DNA of 63,918 nt, counting the filler, from Deltaproteobacteria bacterium (GTDB lineage Bacteria > Myxococcota > JACRCW01), in NCBI GenBank assembly GCA_016218805.1. It is 4 parts of 4 records of this genome, joined end to end, with 100 filler letters (N's around TTAATTAATTAA, not from the genome) between each part and the next. Parts side by side here need not be neighbours in the genome. Positions count along the whole stretch, not along the records: positions 1 to 29,887 come from JACRCW010000082.1; 3 more parts are not named here. One strand, written 5' to 3'. This document shows, one piece after another, positions 19,670 to 29,461 of the stretch (positions are counted from its first letter, which is position 1; each line of letters starts with the position of its first letter). Position numbers and translations under genes: made by a program. The notes below the pieces were generated by a model. The model saw nothing but the letters and a program-made list of their open reading frames with translations. It was not told where the DNA came from and searched no databases.

Positions 19670-21520
19670 TCAGCGGGCGGCGGTGGCCGCGTAGAGCAGC
19701 TCGGGGTGCTCGCGGACAAAGCGCGCGAATTCGTCCGCCGCCTGGGTGGCGGTGCCGCTGGCCTGCCAGGTGGGACGGTCCGCCACGTCCTGGCGGATGG
19801 CCTGCGCCTCAATGCCCACGCCGAAGCCCATCACGCTGATGGACGGGGACACGCTGATGCCGGTCTGCGTGTACGGCGTGGCATTGGCCTCCACGCGGAC
19901 GCCGTCACCGGCGGCGCGCATGGCACCGGGCAGATCACGCTGGGCCAGGCGGCGGATGGCCGCTTCAGCAATGCGGTCGGTGTTGCCGGTCATGACCACC
20001 TGGGCGCGCGTGCCCGCGGCGTTGCCCACCGCCTGGCCCTGCGCGTCCAGCGTGAGCGTGAGGCGATCCTCGCGCGTGCGCTGCATGGCATCCCCGGCGC
20101 GCAACAGCACGCGCGGGTCACGCATGACGTCGTCACCGTTTATGCCGGCCGGGATGGTGTACCGCCGCTCCATGGTTGCCTGGGCCTGCACACCGCCGCC
20201 GACGCCGATGCCCGTGGCGGCTCCGTCGTTGGCGCGGCCCGTCTGCAGCCCGACGCCGGCGCCACCCTGCAGGTCCGCCGTGAACTGCGACCGCGTGACC
20301 AGCGAGCTGGGACGACCGCCGGTGAACTCGATGCGCACGGCCTCTTCAGCACGCACGGCACCGCGCCCGAACGCACCCAGCAGGCGCGTGTTCTGGTCCG
20401 CGAGTCCCAGGCCGCCGGCGATCTCCCCCGCGACGTTGCCGCGCAGCTCCACCGCGCTGGTGTGGCGTGCCAGCCACTGCATGTCCGCGGGCGGCGGTGC
20501 CAGCGCCTGGGACGCCGCGGTCCCCGCCAGGGTGCTGCCCGGGATGCCGGACGCGGCGCCGGCGGCGCCCACCGCGCTGGACGCGGCCTGGCGCGCCAGG
20601 ATGCGGGAGGCGCGCTCCGCATCGGCCGCGTTGTCAAACGTCATCTCCACGCGGCCGCCCGCGCCCAGCGTGGCTTCCGCGGTGCCGCTGGCGCGCATGC
20701 CCGCGCGTCCGCCCAGTTCCGCGTAGACGCCACCACCCAGCTCGCCGCCGGCGCTGACCGTGTAGCGGCCGTCGCTGCGGCGCTCCACCTCAATGCTGCC
20801 GCGCGCGTAGACCTTGCCGCCCTCCACGGAAGCGTTGCCGCCAAGGCCAACGGTGTACTTGTCGCCGGGTCCCAGCGCGTCGATGTTGCGGCGCAGGTCC
20901 ACCGCGTCGCCCACCGTGCGGCCGAATTGATCCGCGGCCTGGCGCAACGTGTCGACGCCGCGCCCGACCTGCTGCAGCGCGTCCATCACCGGGCGGGTCG
21001 CTTCGCGCACGCCCTCGCGCGCGCCCTCCAGCAGCTGCTCGCCGCGGTTGGCAAGGTCGTTCGCGCGCGTGTGCAACTCGCCCGCGGTCCGGACCGCGGC
21101 GTCGGGGGCGCCACTGACGGCGTGACCGGCGGATTGCGCTTCGCGCCCCACGTCAACCAGCGCGGAGCCTCCGGGGACGCCCGCTTGTTGCAGCACGCGC
21201 CCGCCGTCCTGCAGCGCCGTCCCCGCGCGGTCCAGCGCGCCGCCCAGGCGGTCCGCCGCGCCGCGCAGGAGGCCAAACGGTCCGGACGCGTGCCGCGTCT
21301 CCGCCGAGCGGACCTCGCCCGACGCGGTGGCGCCCGCCGCCACGGCCGCCCCGCCGCGCGCGTACTGGTCGGTACGCGGGGTGTGCGTGGGCGCCGTGCC
21401 CTGGGTGGGGGCGGTCTCCGTGGTCTGCGGGGTCTGCTGCGTCTGTTGGGTCTGCTGGGTGCTGCCCGTCTGCGCGGGTTGCTGCGGGCGCGGGGCGCCG
21501 CCTGGCCGGTTGACTGACAT
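19670..21520 (-). CDS. Hypothetical effector-like protein: disordered Q/T/P N-terminus, amphipathic helical repeats, Gly-rich beta domain
   Basis: GGAGGG RBS before MSVNRPGGAPRPQQPAQTGSTQQTQQTQQTPQ; host codon usage; no Sec signal. Confidence 0.75.
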   Translation of the reverse strand: MSVNRPGGAPRPQQPAQTGSTQQTQQTQQTPQTTETAPTQGTAPTHTPRTDQYARGGAAVAAGATASGEVRSAETRHASGPFGLLRGAADRLGGALDRAGTALQDGGRVLQQAGVPGGSALVDVGREAQSAGHAVSGAPDAAVRTAGELHTRANDLANRGEQLLEGAREGVREATRPVMDALQQVGRGVDTLRQAADQFGRTVGDAVDLRRNIDALGPGDKYTVGLGGNASVEGGKVYARGSIEVERRSDGRYTVSAGGELGGGVYAELGGRAGMRASGTAEATLGAGGRVEMTFDNAADAERASRILARQAASSAVGAAGAASGIPGSTLAGTAASQALAPPPADMQWLARHTSAVELRGNVAGEIAGGLGLADQNTRLLGAFGRGAVRAEEAVRIEFTGGRPSSLVTRSQFTADLQGGAGVGLQTGRANDGAATGIGVGGGVQAQATMERRYTIPAGINGDDVMRDPRVLLRAGDAMQRTREDRLTLTLDAQGQAVGNAAGTRAQVVMTGNTDRIAEAAIRRLAQRDLPGAMRAAGDGVRVEANATPYTQTGISVSPSISVMGFGVGIEAQAIRQDVADRPTWQASGTATQAADEFARFVREHPELLYAATAAR

Positions 21521-21699
21521 GGTTCCCTCCATTCGGGGTTGAAGTGGCCTGAACGCTAGATCCGCGCGGGCGGCCCGCAAAGGCGGGGTTCGACGCGCTG
21601 CGCAGCGCGGCGGCGAATGCGGCCCGCAGGACGCCGGAAATGGCGTGGCACAACCGCGCCGGCGGTGCCGGGTAAGCGCGTCAAAACAGCCTGTGCGTG

Positions 21700-23019
21700 T
21701 CAGCGGCGCCGCGGCGGTGGTGCGCCCACGGGTGGGAGGTGCACACCCTCGGGAGGCGCGTGGTGGATGGTCCAGGGGTCCTCTTCCCGCGGCATGGGGG
21801 GCGGCGCGGGCAGGGGCGTGCCCTCGGGCGGCTGGGTGGGGATCTGCCAGGGGTCGTCGTCGTCGCCGCCGGTCTCCGGCTGCGCGGCCACGCCGCCCAT
21901 CCCGCTGTCCTCCAGGTCGGACAGGTCCACGTCTTCGCCTTCCAGCAGGGCTGCCGGCTGCGTGGCGGCAATCTCCTCAAACCCCTGCCGCGGCAGCACC
22001 AGCGTGGCCACGTCCGCAAACGGCGTACCCGCCGCCGGCGCGGGCAGCGGCTCCGCCTCAATCATGGGTCCAACGAGCGCGCGCACCCAGCGGTCCACCG
22101 GCGGGCGCATGGCGTACGCGCCCAGGCAGTTGTCCAGGGCCACGGCGACCTCGTGGCACGACGGGAAACGCAACGCGCGGTCCCGCTGCAGCATGCGCGC
22201 CACCACGGCGTCCACCTCCGGCGGGACGCCGCGCTGCACGCTGGACAGCGGCGGGATGGGCATGGCCAGCACGTTGTTGGCCATCTGCGAGTCCGTGCGC
22301 GCGCGGAACAGCCGCCGCCCCGCGCACAACTCCCAGAAGACAATCCCCAGCGAGAACTGGTCACACCGTCCATCCAGCGGCTGGATGAACAGCTGCTCCG
22401 GCGCCATGTACGCCAGCTTGCCCTTGATCTGGCCGGTCATGGTGTGCGTCACGCGGTTGGCCGCGCTGGCAATCCCAAAGTCCACCACCTTGGTGACGCC
22501 GTCCACGCGCACCATGATGTTCCCCGGGCTGATGTCCCGGTGGACAATGTTGAGCGGACGGCCCTGCGGGTCCCGGGCGCGGTGCGCGTGGTCCAGCCCC
22601 AGCGCCGCATCCGCCATGATGGTGGCCGCAATGGGCCAGGGCACCAACGCCCGGCGCGTGACCATGGCCTTGATGAGCTGCACCAGGTCCGCGCCGTGGA
22701 TGTGCTCCATGACAATGTACCAGGCACCCTCCCAGGACCCGGTCTCGTGCACGAGCACGATGTTGGGGTGGCGCACGGAGGACGCCACGCGCGCCTCGTC
22801 AAGAAACCCGTCCACCAGCGCCGGGTCATCAATGAGCGAGGGCAGCAGGCTCTTGAGGATCACCAGGCGGTGGGTGCCGGTGGCGCGCAGGTCACGCGCC
22901 AGGTGCACCTCGCCCATCCCGCCGGCCGCCAGCCGACGCAGGACCTGGTAACGCCCCAGGATTGGTGTTGCGGTTCCTCCCACCGGCAGCAGCGTGCGTC
23001 GGATGGTCCGGGCCGGCAA
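21700..23019 (-). CDS. Hanks-type serine/threonine protein kinase (cytoplasmic, acidic/Pro-rich tail)
   Basis: LAAGGMGEV, VILK, HPNIV, IVHRDISPGNIMV, VDFGIA, GKLAYMAPEQ, DQFSLG. Confidence 0.95.
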   Translation of the reverse strand: MPARTIRRTLLPVGGTATPILGRYQVLRRLAAGGMGEVHLARDLRATGTHRLVILKSLLPSLIDDPALVDGFLDEARVASSVRHPNIVLVHETGSWEGAWYIVMEHIHGADLVQLIKAMVTRRALVPWPIAATIMADAALGLDHAHRARDPQGRPLNIVHRDISPGNIMVRVDGVTKVVDFGIASAANRVTHTMTGQIKGKLAYMAPEQLFIQPLDGRCDQFSLGIVFWELCAGRRLFRARTDSQMANNVLAMPIPPLSSVQRGVPPEVDAVVARMLQRDRALRFPSCHEVAVALDNCLGAYAMRPPVDRWVRALVGPMIEAEPLPAPAAGTPFADVATLVLPRQGFEEIAATQPAALLEGEDVDLSDLEDSGMGGVAAQPETGGDDDDPWQIPTQPPEGTPLPAPPPMPREEDPWTIHHAPPEGVHLPPVGAPPPRRR

Positions 23020-23058
23020 GGGCTCACGGGTCCGCGGGCGCTCCAGTCCGCGGCCGCG

Positions 23059-24171
23059 TCAGGCGGTGCCCTGCAGGGCGCGCACCCGGTCCACCAGCTT
23101 GAGGTGCGCGGGGGCGCGCAGGACCTGGCGGGCCTCGCGCGGATCGGGCGGTGCGTACGCACCCAGGAAGCGCTTCTTGAGCGCGCGCATGCGCGCGGCG
23201 CTCTCGCGCACGCGCGCGGCCACGGCGGTATCCCGCTCCGCCAGCCGGTTGGCCGTGGCAATGGCCGCCTCCGCGCGCCCAAGATCGCGGCAGCACAGGA
23301 AGTGGTCCACGCCGGCCTCCAGGCCCAGCTGCACCATGGTCTCCGTGGGGAAGTTGTCCGCCACCGCCTTCATGTCCAGGTCATCACTGATGATGACACC
23401 GGTGAACCCCATGCGCGTGCGCAGCAACGGGCCCAGCACCGCGGTGGACAGCGTGGCGGGCCGCGTGGGGTCCAACGCGTCAAACACCACGTGCGCCGTC
23501 ATGATGGCGGACACGCCCGCGCGCACGGCGGCTTCAAACGGCGGCAGCTCCACGCGGTTGAGCCGCTCCATCCCGTGCGGCAGCCGCGGCAGGGCCAGGT
23601 GGCTGTCCATGTCCGTGTCACCGTGGCCGGGGAAGTGCTTGGCGCACGCCGCCACGCCCGCCTCCTGCATCCCGCGCACAAACGCGCTGGCCAGCCGGGA
23701 CACCACCGCGGGGTCGCGCGCAAAGCTGCGCGCGCCAATGATGGGGTTGGCCGGGTTGGTGTCCACGTCCACAACGGGAGTGAAATCCATCCCAAACCCC
23801 AGGCAGGACACCTCGCGCGCCAGCAGCGCGCCCACGCGGTAGGCCAGGTCCGGTTCGCCGCCCTGCGCGGAGCAGGCGTTGCCCACCTCACGCATGGAGG
23901 GGACGTCCGTGGCAAACGCACGCAGCCGCTGCACTCGCCCGCCCTCCTGGTCCACGCTGAGCAGCGGTGGGGCGTGTTCCTCGTCGTCACGCGCGGCGCG
24001 GGCAATGGACGCGTTGAGCGCGCACACCTGGTCAATCCCCTCAATGTTGCGCACGAACAGGATGGCCCCGCCCACGCGGCCCTCAGTCAGCAGGCGCTCC
24101 GCTTCCGGCGGGAGCACCGTGCCTTCAAAGCCGATGGTGAACAGCTGCCCGACGTCATCCCGCAGGCTCAC
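23059..24171 (-). CDS. nagZ: Beta-N-acetylhexosaminidase (GH3)
   Basis: GGAILFVRN, VDQEGGRVQR, PVVDV, ARSF, KHFPGHGDTDMDSH, MTAHV, ISDDLDMKA. Confidence 0.93.
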   Translation of the reverse strand: MSLRDDVGQLFTIGFEGTVLPPEAERLLTEGRVGGAILFVRNIEGIDQVCALNASIARAARDDEEHAPPLLSVDQEGGRVQRLRAFATDVPSMREVGNACSAQGGEPDLAYRVGALLAREVSCLGFGMDFTPVVDVDTNPANPIIGARSFARDPAVVSRLASAFVRGMQEAGVAACAKHFPGHGDTDMDSHLALPRLPHGMERLNRVELPPFEAAVRAGVSAIMTAHVVFDALDPTRPATLSTAVLGPLLRTRMGFTGVIISDDLDMKAVADNFPTETMVQLGLEAGVDHFLCCRDLGRAEAAIATANRLAERDTAVAARVRESAARMRALKKRFLGAYAPPDPREARQVLRAPAHLKLVDRVRALQGTA

Positions 24172-24518
24172 GGTGTGGCTCCGGGCGGCGCCGCCGGTAC
24201 GGTGGTCTTGTTGAGGTCCACCTGCGGTACGTTGGCCAGTCCCTCATTGCGCTGCAGGATGAACAGCGCAAACACAATGAGCAGCACCACCAGCATGGCG
24301 GCAAACACGCCCACCGACGGGAGGTCCGCGCCCGCCTTGGCCAGCACCGCCTGCGCGCGCGCGGTCACGTCCGCAGCGGGCTGCCCCGCCAGCGCCGCCC
24401 GCGCCAACCGGCGTGCCGCCGCCACATCGCCCGCCTCAAACCGCGACTCAAAGTCCAGGAGGGCCGGGGCGCCGCCCTCCGCACGGGATGGTTCAACCGC
24501 TTTGTCTTTCTTGGCCAT
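24168..24518 (-). CDS. Hypothetical small membrane protein
   Basis: MAKKDKAVEP...; one TM helix (VGVFAAMLVVLLIVFALFIL); stop overlaps the nagZ start. Confidence 0.7.
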   Translation of the reverse strand: MAKKDKAVEPSRAEGGAPALLDFESRFEAGDVAAARRLARAALAGQPAADVTARAQAVLAKAGADLPSVGVFAAMLVVLLIVFALFILQRNEGLANVPQVDLNKTTVPAAPPGATP

Positions 24519-24580
24519 GGGGCGCGGGACCCTAGCATCTCCCCGGAAAACGCCAAGGCAGCGGGCGCGCCCGCACGCCG

Positions 24581-25362
24581 TCATGCGCCGGCCGGCGCCT
24601 GCACGGGTTCCGCCGGGCGCACGGTCACGGTCAGCGGAAAACCGCCTGCCCGAGCGCGCGCCATCATCGCCCGGGCAAGCGCCTCAGCCGGCTCACGGGG
24701 CAGGTGCGCGCAGACGGCGTGGCCCTGGTGGTGCACCTGCAGCATCAGGGCGGTGGCCTCGTCCTCTGGAAGTGCGAGGTCCCCGGTAAGCGTAGAAACA
24801 ACAAACTGCATGGTGGTGAAGTCGTCGTTGTGCAGCACCACGGCGTAGGACGTGGCGCTGTCATGGAATACGCTGCGCGGCGGGTTTCCCCGCCATTGGG
24901 CTCGCTCCATCACGGCCAATTGGTCCGGGAGCAGGTCCAGCAGGATGGCTTGGACGGGGCCGCGCGCCAGTGCCGCGCTGAGCAGGTGGATGGGGTCTGC
25001 GTTCTCCCCCCGTTCCGCCGCCGTGGTGCCGGCGGTCACCACCAGTTCCCACACCGCCGTGCTGATCCCGTTGCGCATCAGGGATGTGTCCACCCCCGCC
25101 GCCCGGTCACTGCCATCCCGCAACAGGGCCGCGGACATCCCGCACGCCTCAAACAAGTCCATGATGGCCGGAGCGTAGGACAACGCTTCCAGCACGTGTT
25201 CCAGCCGGATGCCGCGGTCTCCCCGCAGAATGGCGAGACTGCGGGCCAGCCGCATGCAGTCATGCAACTGGGTCAGGGCGCGGCCGTGCTTGCCCGTGAG
25301 GCCCACCGCGACGGAGCCCGGCGAGCACCACCACGCAATCAGGCGCCGCCACCAGGAGACGT
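24581..25362 (-). CDS. clpS: Clp N-terminal (Clp_N/ClpR repeat) domain fused to ClpS adaptor domain
   Basis: C-terminal YAVVLHNDDFTTMQFVV..L...EATALMLQVHHQGHAVC...GFPL is ClpS. Upstream LARSLA....IRLEHVLEAL and DPIHLLSAAL resemble the two Clp_N repeats. Start codon uncertain, so the 5' coordinate is approximate. Confidence 0.7.
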
Positions 25363-25578
25363 GGCCGGTCCGCCGCCCGGCGGCGGCACTGCTGGCGTTG
25401 GCGGTCTCCCCCCGTGGCACGACGCAGGTTGGTAGTGGATGGGCCGGGCGGCGGCAACAAGCCGGGACGCCGCATGGCGCCACCCGGAGGGGATCATGGC
25501 GTCGTGCGCCACCCCGGTTGCACACCACCCCGCGCGCGGGTGTAAGACCGCGCCGGGACACGTTCCCGGAGGTGGTGC

Positions 25579-26223
25579 ATGGCGTGCGTGCGTGCTCGGC
25601 TGTCCGCGGTGGCGGTCCTCCTTCTGGCTGCGGGTGGCACGCGCGCGGATGAACTGGGTGACCTGCTCAGCGGCGGCCCGCTGGTCCGGGTTGAGCACGG
25701 TGAGGACAACCGTTTCCGCCGCGCGTTGTGCCTGGCGGACGTGGACGCGCCCGTGGAAGTGGTGTGGGCGGTCATTGCGGAGCCGTCCCGTTACAAGGAG
25801 TTCATGCCACGGGTGAAGCGCATCACCGTGGTGGACGAGGGTCCCAACCAGAAGCTGGTGAGCTACCTGCTGGACACCCCGTTCTCTGACACGGCGTACA
25901 CGCTGCGCTTCAAGCTGGACCCCGTGGCGCGGACCATTGACGCACGGCACGTCTCCGGTGACATCCGTGGCAGCGAATACGCCTGGAAGCTGACCGCGCA
26001 GGGGCCCGAGACCACGCGCATCCACTACGGTGGGGTGACGCGCAACTACTCGTCGGTGGCGCAGCGGTTTGAGGATGACAGCCAGACGGTCACCGTGGGG
26101 GTGAACGTGGTGGGGCTGATGGCCGCGGTGAAGGCGGTGAAGAGCCGCTCTGAGGCCACGTGGAAGAAGCAGAAGGCGGCGGGGGCAACCGTCCGCGCCG
26201 CCGGCGACGGAGGCGTGCCATGA
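25579..26223 (+). CDS. Exported SRPBCC/START-like (polyketide cyclase family) protein
   Basis: Signal peptide, then VDAPVEVVWAVIAEPSRYKEFMPRV and SGDIRGSEYAWKL. Confidence 0.8.
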   Translation: MACVRARLSAVAVLLLAAGGTRADELGDLLSGGPLVRVEHGEDNRFRRALCLADVDAPVEVVWAVIAEPSRYKEFMPRVKRITVVDEGPNQKLVSYLLDTPFSDTAYTLRFKLDPVARTIDARHVSGDIRGSEYAWKLTAQGPETTRIHYGGVTRNYSSVAQRFEDDSQTVTVGVNVVGLMAAVKAVKSRSEATWKKQKAAGATVRAAGDGGVP

Positions 26224-27704
26224 CGTACGCACCGCGGGTCCCTGCCGTTGTCTACGAACTGGTGCCGGACCGCTTCCGCATTGGCGGCGGGCGCAAGCCC
26301 GACGAGAAGCGGGCGCTGGAGGCGTACCAGCGGCCCGGGGTGCTGGTGGCGCGCGCGGAGGCGGACCTGCAGGACGCGGCGGTGCATCACGGCGGTGACC
26401 TGGACGGGGTGGTGGAGGCGCTGCCGCACCTGCGGTCGCTGGGGGTCAGCGGGCTGTGCGTGTCGTCCATCTTCCGTGCCACGCGCGCGGACAAGGACGG
26501 CGCGCAGGATTTCATGGAGGTGGACCCCGCGCTGGGTGACGAGGCCGCGTTTGCCCGGCTGGTGGTGGCGGCGCAGGCCAGCGGGATGAGCATTGTGCTG
26601 GGGGGGGCGTTTGGTTACGTGGGTGCGGACCACCCGTGGTTTGTGTCCGCGCGGTCACACACGGTGGACGAGGCGCGGCTGGACCCCTCTGAGCGCACGC
26701 GCGCGTTCTTCCACTTTGAGGACGAGGCGGCCACGCAGTGGGCCGGCTGGATGGGGCGGCGCGAGCACCCGGAACTCAACGTGCAGAGCCACGAGCTGCG
26801 GCGCCGCCTGTTCACCGGCGAGCGGTCCGCGGTGCACGAATGGTTCACGCGGGGACTGGCGGGCTGGCGCATCAGCCGCGCGGACGAACTGGGCTACCAG
26901 GTGCTGCGCGAGATTTCGCTGAATGCGCGCACGGGCGGGGAGGGCAGCTTCATCATTGGCGACGTGGGCGGCTGGGCGGACCGCTACGTGAAAGACGGCC
27001 TGCTGGACGGGGTGATGAACCGCTACCTGCGCGAGGGCATTGTGGCGTTCATGCAGGGGCAGATCCCCGCGGCGCAGCTCTCCCGCATCCTGGCGGAGCA
27101 GGCGCACCGTTACGGGCGGGACGCGCTCAACCGCAGCTGGACGTTCCTGTCCAGCCACGACACGCGGCGCGTGGCGGCGGCGCTCAAGGGGGACATGGAG
27201 CGAGTGCGGCTGGCGGTGTCGCTCATGTACGCGCTGCCGGGCACGGCGATGATCTTCTACGGCGAGGAGGTGGGCCTGGGCGGCCGCGCGCCGGCGCACA
27301 CGCTGCTGCCGTTCAACTGGGATGAGAGCGCCTGGGACCACGACCTGCTGCGGCACCACCAGCTGCTGGGGCGTCTCAAGAGCGAGGTGCCGGCGCTGGC
27401 CCGCGGGGACTTTGTGGACCTGACCCCGACGGGCGAGAGCGACGTGCTGGCGTTTGCGCGCACGCGCAAGGACCCGCGCGAAACGGTGATTGCACTGTTC
27501 AACCGCGCCTACCGCCCGCAGCAGCGGCTGCTGTTCATCCCCGTGGCGGACCTGCCTGACGGGTTGCCCCTCAAGGACCTGATGGGCGGGGAGGGCGCCA
27601 CGGTGCGGTCGGGCACGCTGTCCATTGAACTGCCACCCACCAGTGCGCGTCTGTTTGTGCCGGACCTGCAGGCGCAGGGGCACCGCTTCTTCCGCAACAC
27701 CTGA
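26220..27704 (+). CDS. GH13 alpha-amylase/neopullulanase-like protein, probably catalytically degenerate
   Basis: VYELVPDRF, GGDLDGV, HPWF, PELN, FLSSHDTRR, PGTAMIFYGEEVG match GH13, but the catalytic regions are altered (see findings). Confidence 0.8.
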   Translation: MTYAPRVPAVVYELVPDRFRIGGGRKPDEKRALEAYQRPGVLVARAEADLQDAAVHHGGDLDGVVEALPHLRSLGVSGLCVSSIFRATRADKDGAQDFMEVDPALGDEAAFARLVVAAQASGMSIVLGGAFGYVGADHPWFVSARSHTVDEARLDPSERTRAFFHFEDEAATQWAGWMGRREHPELNVQSHELRRRLFTGERSAVHEWFTRGLAGWRISRADELGYQVLREISLNARTGGEGSFIIGDVGGWADRYVKDGLLDGVMNRYLREGIVAFMQGQIPAAQLSRILAEQAHRYGRDALNRSWTFLSSHDTRRVAAALKGDMERVRLAVSLMYALPGTAMIFYGEEVGLGGRAPAHTLLPFNWDESAWDHDLLRHHQLLGRLKSEVPALARGDFVDLTPTGESDVLAFARTRKDPRETVIALFNRAYRPQQRLLFIPVADLPDGLPLKDLMGGEGATVRSGTLSIELPPTSARLFVPDLQAQGHRFFRNT

Positions 27705-27728
27705 ACGCCACCCCACGAGGACCTCCCC

Positions 27729-28805
27729 ATGGCCTTCCATTCCGTCATCATGGCCGGCGGCAGCGGCACCCGGTTCTGGCCGCTGTCACGCCGTGACCGG
27801 CCCAAGCAGCTGCTGGCCATCACCGGGGACCGCACCATGCTCCGCCAGACGTCCGAGCGCGTGGCCGCGGTCACCCCGCCCGCACGCCAGTGGGTGGTGT
27901 GCGGCACGCGGCACGAGGCGGGGGTGCGCGCGGAGCTGCCGGAGCTGCCCGCCGCGCAGATTCTCGTTGAGCCCATTGGTCGCAACACCGCGCCGTGCAT
28001 TGGCCTGGCGGCGCTGCACCTGTGCGCGGTGGACCGTGACGCGGTGGCATGCGTGCTGCCGTCAGACGCGTTTGTGCCGGACGCGGCGGCATTTGGGCGC
28101 CACATGCAAGCGGCGGAAGCCGGCGCGCAGGCCGGGCACATCACCACGCTGGGGTTGCGGCCCACGCGCGCGGAGACCGGTTACGGGTACATCCGCATGG
28201 CGGCGCAGCAGTCCGCGCATGGTGGGCTGCCGCTGCACGCCGTGGACCGGTTTGTGGAGAAGCCGGACCGTGCCACGGCGGAGAAGTACCTGGCGGACGG
28301 CAGCTACCTGTGGAACGCGGGCATCTTTGTGTTCCGCGCGGCGCACATGCTGGAGGCCATAGAACGCCATCTCCCGGCGCTGCACGCCGGTCTCCAGAAG
28401 CTCCAGGCCGTGCTGGGCACGCCGCGCTACGCGGACGTGCTGCGTGAGGTGTACCCGGCGCTGCCCTCCATCAGCATTGATTACGGCGTCATGGAGAAGG
28501 AGCCCGGCCTGTACGTGGTTCCCTCCACCTTCCCGTGGTCGGACGTGGGGAGCTTTGCGGCGCTGCCGGAGGTGTTGCCCGTGGACGCGGCGGGCAACCT
28601 GTTGCGCGGGGACGTGCTGGCGCGTGACGCGCGTGACTGCGTGGTGGATGCGCGTGCCGGCCGGCTGTGCGCGGTGGTGGGCGTGCAGGGGCTCATCGTC
28701 GTCGATACGCCGGACGCCCTGCTTGTCATTCCGAAGGACCGCGCGCAGGATGTGGGCAAGCTCCTGGACGTCCTCAAGGAGCGCGGAAAAGACCAACTGC
28801 TCTGA
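27729..28805 (+). CDS. manC: Mannose-1-phosphate guanylyltransferase
   Basis: IMAGGSGTRFWPLSR...PKQLL, EPIGRNTAP, ETGYGYI, FVEKPD, WNAGIF, SIDYGVME, WSDVGS. Confidence 0.95.
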   Translation: MAFHSVIMAGGSGTRFWPLSRRDRPKQLLAITGDRTMLRQTSERVAAVTPPARQWVVCGTRHEAGVRAELPELPAAQILVEPIGRNTAPCIGLAALHLCAVDRDAVACVLPSDAFVPDAAAFGRHMQAAEAGAQAGHITTLGLRPTRAETGYGYIRMAAQQSAHGGLPLHAVDRFVEKPDRATAEKYLADGSYLWNAGIFVFRAAHMLEAIERHLPALHAGLQKLQAVLGTPRYADVLREVYPALPSISIDYGVMEKEPGLYVVPSTFPWSDVGSFAALPEVLPVDAAGNLLRGDVLARDARDCVVDARAGRLCAVVGVQGLIVVDTPDALLVIPKDRAQDVGKLLDVLKERGKDQLL

Positions 28806-28852
28806 AGCCACGGCCGCCTGCAAACCCGGGCGGGGATTGGGAAGAAGACGCG

Positions 28853-29455
28853 ATGATCAATGCGGTCGTGATGGTGCTGGCGTGGGGCGCGGTCTCAGCC
28901 GATCCGTTTGAGGCGTCCAAGGCCAAGGCCACCGAGGTGGAGAACCTGGCGCGGATGCTGGAAGCGTACGGCGGCAAGTGCAAAGCGACCGATCCCGTGG
29001 AGGCGCAGGAATGCGCGCAGCGCGCCAAGGGAGCGCAGGCCAACTACAAGGGCAAGACGCTGTACGCGCACCTGGGCAGTGCGTTTGAGAACATGATGGA
29101 GGTGGCGGAGGCGGACGGGAACAACGTGGTGGTGCTGCTGACGCCGGTGGTGGACGCCGGCGCCGAGGTGGCGCTCACCTTCCACAAGCCGCAGAAGCTG
29201 GACAAGGAGGGCACCATCATCGTTCCCAAGTATCCGGTGAGCGGTCCGCTGCTGGATGACACGGCCACGCCCGGTGACCTCAAGCGGCTGGTGAAGACCG
29301 GGCAGGTGACGGTGGAGATCGTGTTTACCGTCAAGGGCCCCTGGCAGCTCAAGAAGAAGGACGGTGAACCGGTGAAGGGGTTGGAGGTGCAGGTCAGCGC
29401 CGTGCGCCTGGCCAACCGCCGCAGCGGGAAGTCGCTGGTCTCCATGGCACGGTGA
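28853..29455 (+). CDS. Exported hypothetical protein (resembles myxobacterial DUF6066)
   Basis: Signal peptide MINAVVMVLAWGAVSA; a Cys pair (GKC...EC); host codon usage. Confidence 0.6.
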   Translation: MINAVVMVLAWGAVSADPFEASKAKATEVENLARMLEAYGGKCKATDPVEAQECAQRAKGAQANYKGKTLYAHLGSAFENMMEVAEADGNNVVVLLTPVVDAGAEVALTFHKPQKLDKEGTIIVPKYPVSGPLLDDTATPGDLKRLVKTGQVTVEIVFTVKGPWQLKKKDGEPVKGLEVQVSAVRLANRRSGKSLVSMAR

Positions 29456-29461
29456 ATACCC

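Noticed and set aside
21697..24789. Very long alternative ORFs (1030 aa here; also 44902-48066, 52724-55699, 49748-52390, 41652-44096, 3979-6024)
   Set aside because: Antisense shadows of real high-GC genes on the opposite strand; no motifs, and Arg/His/Ala-rich composition.
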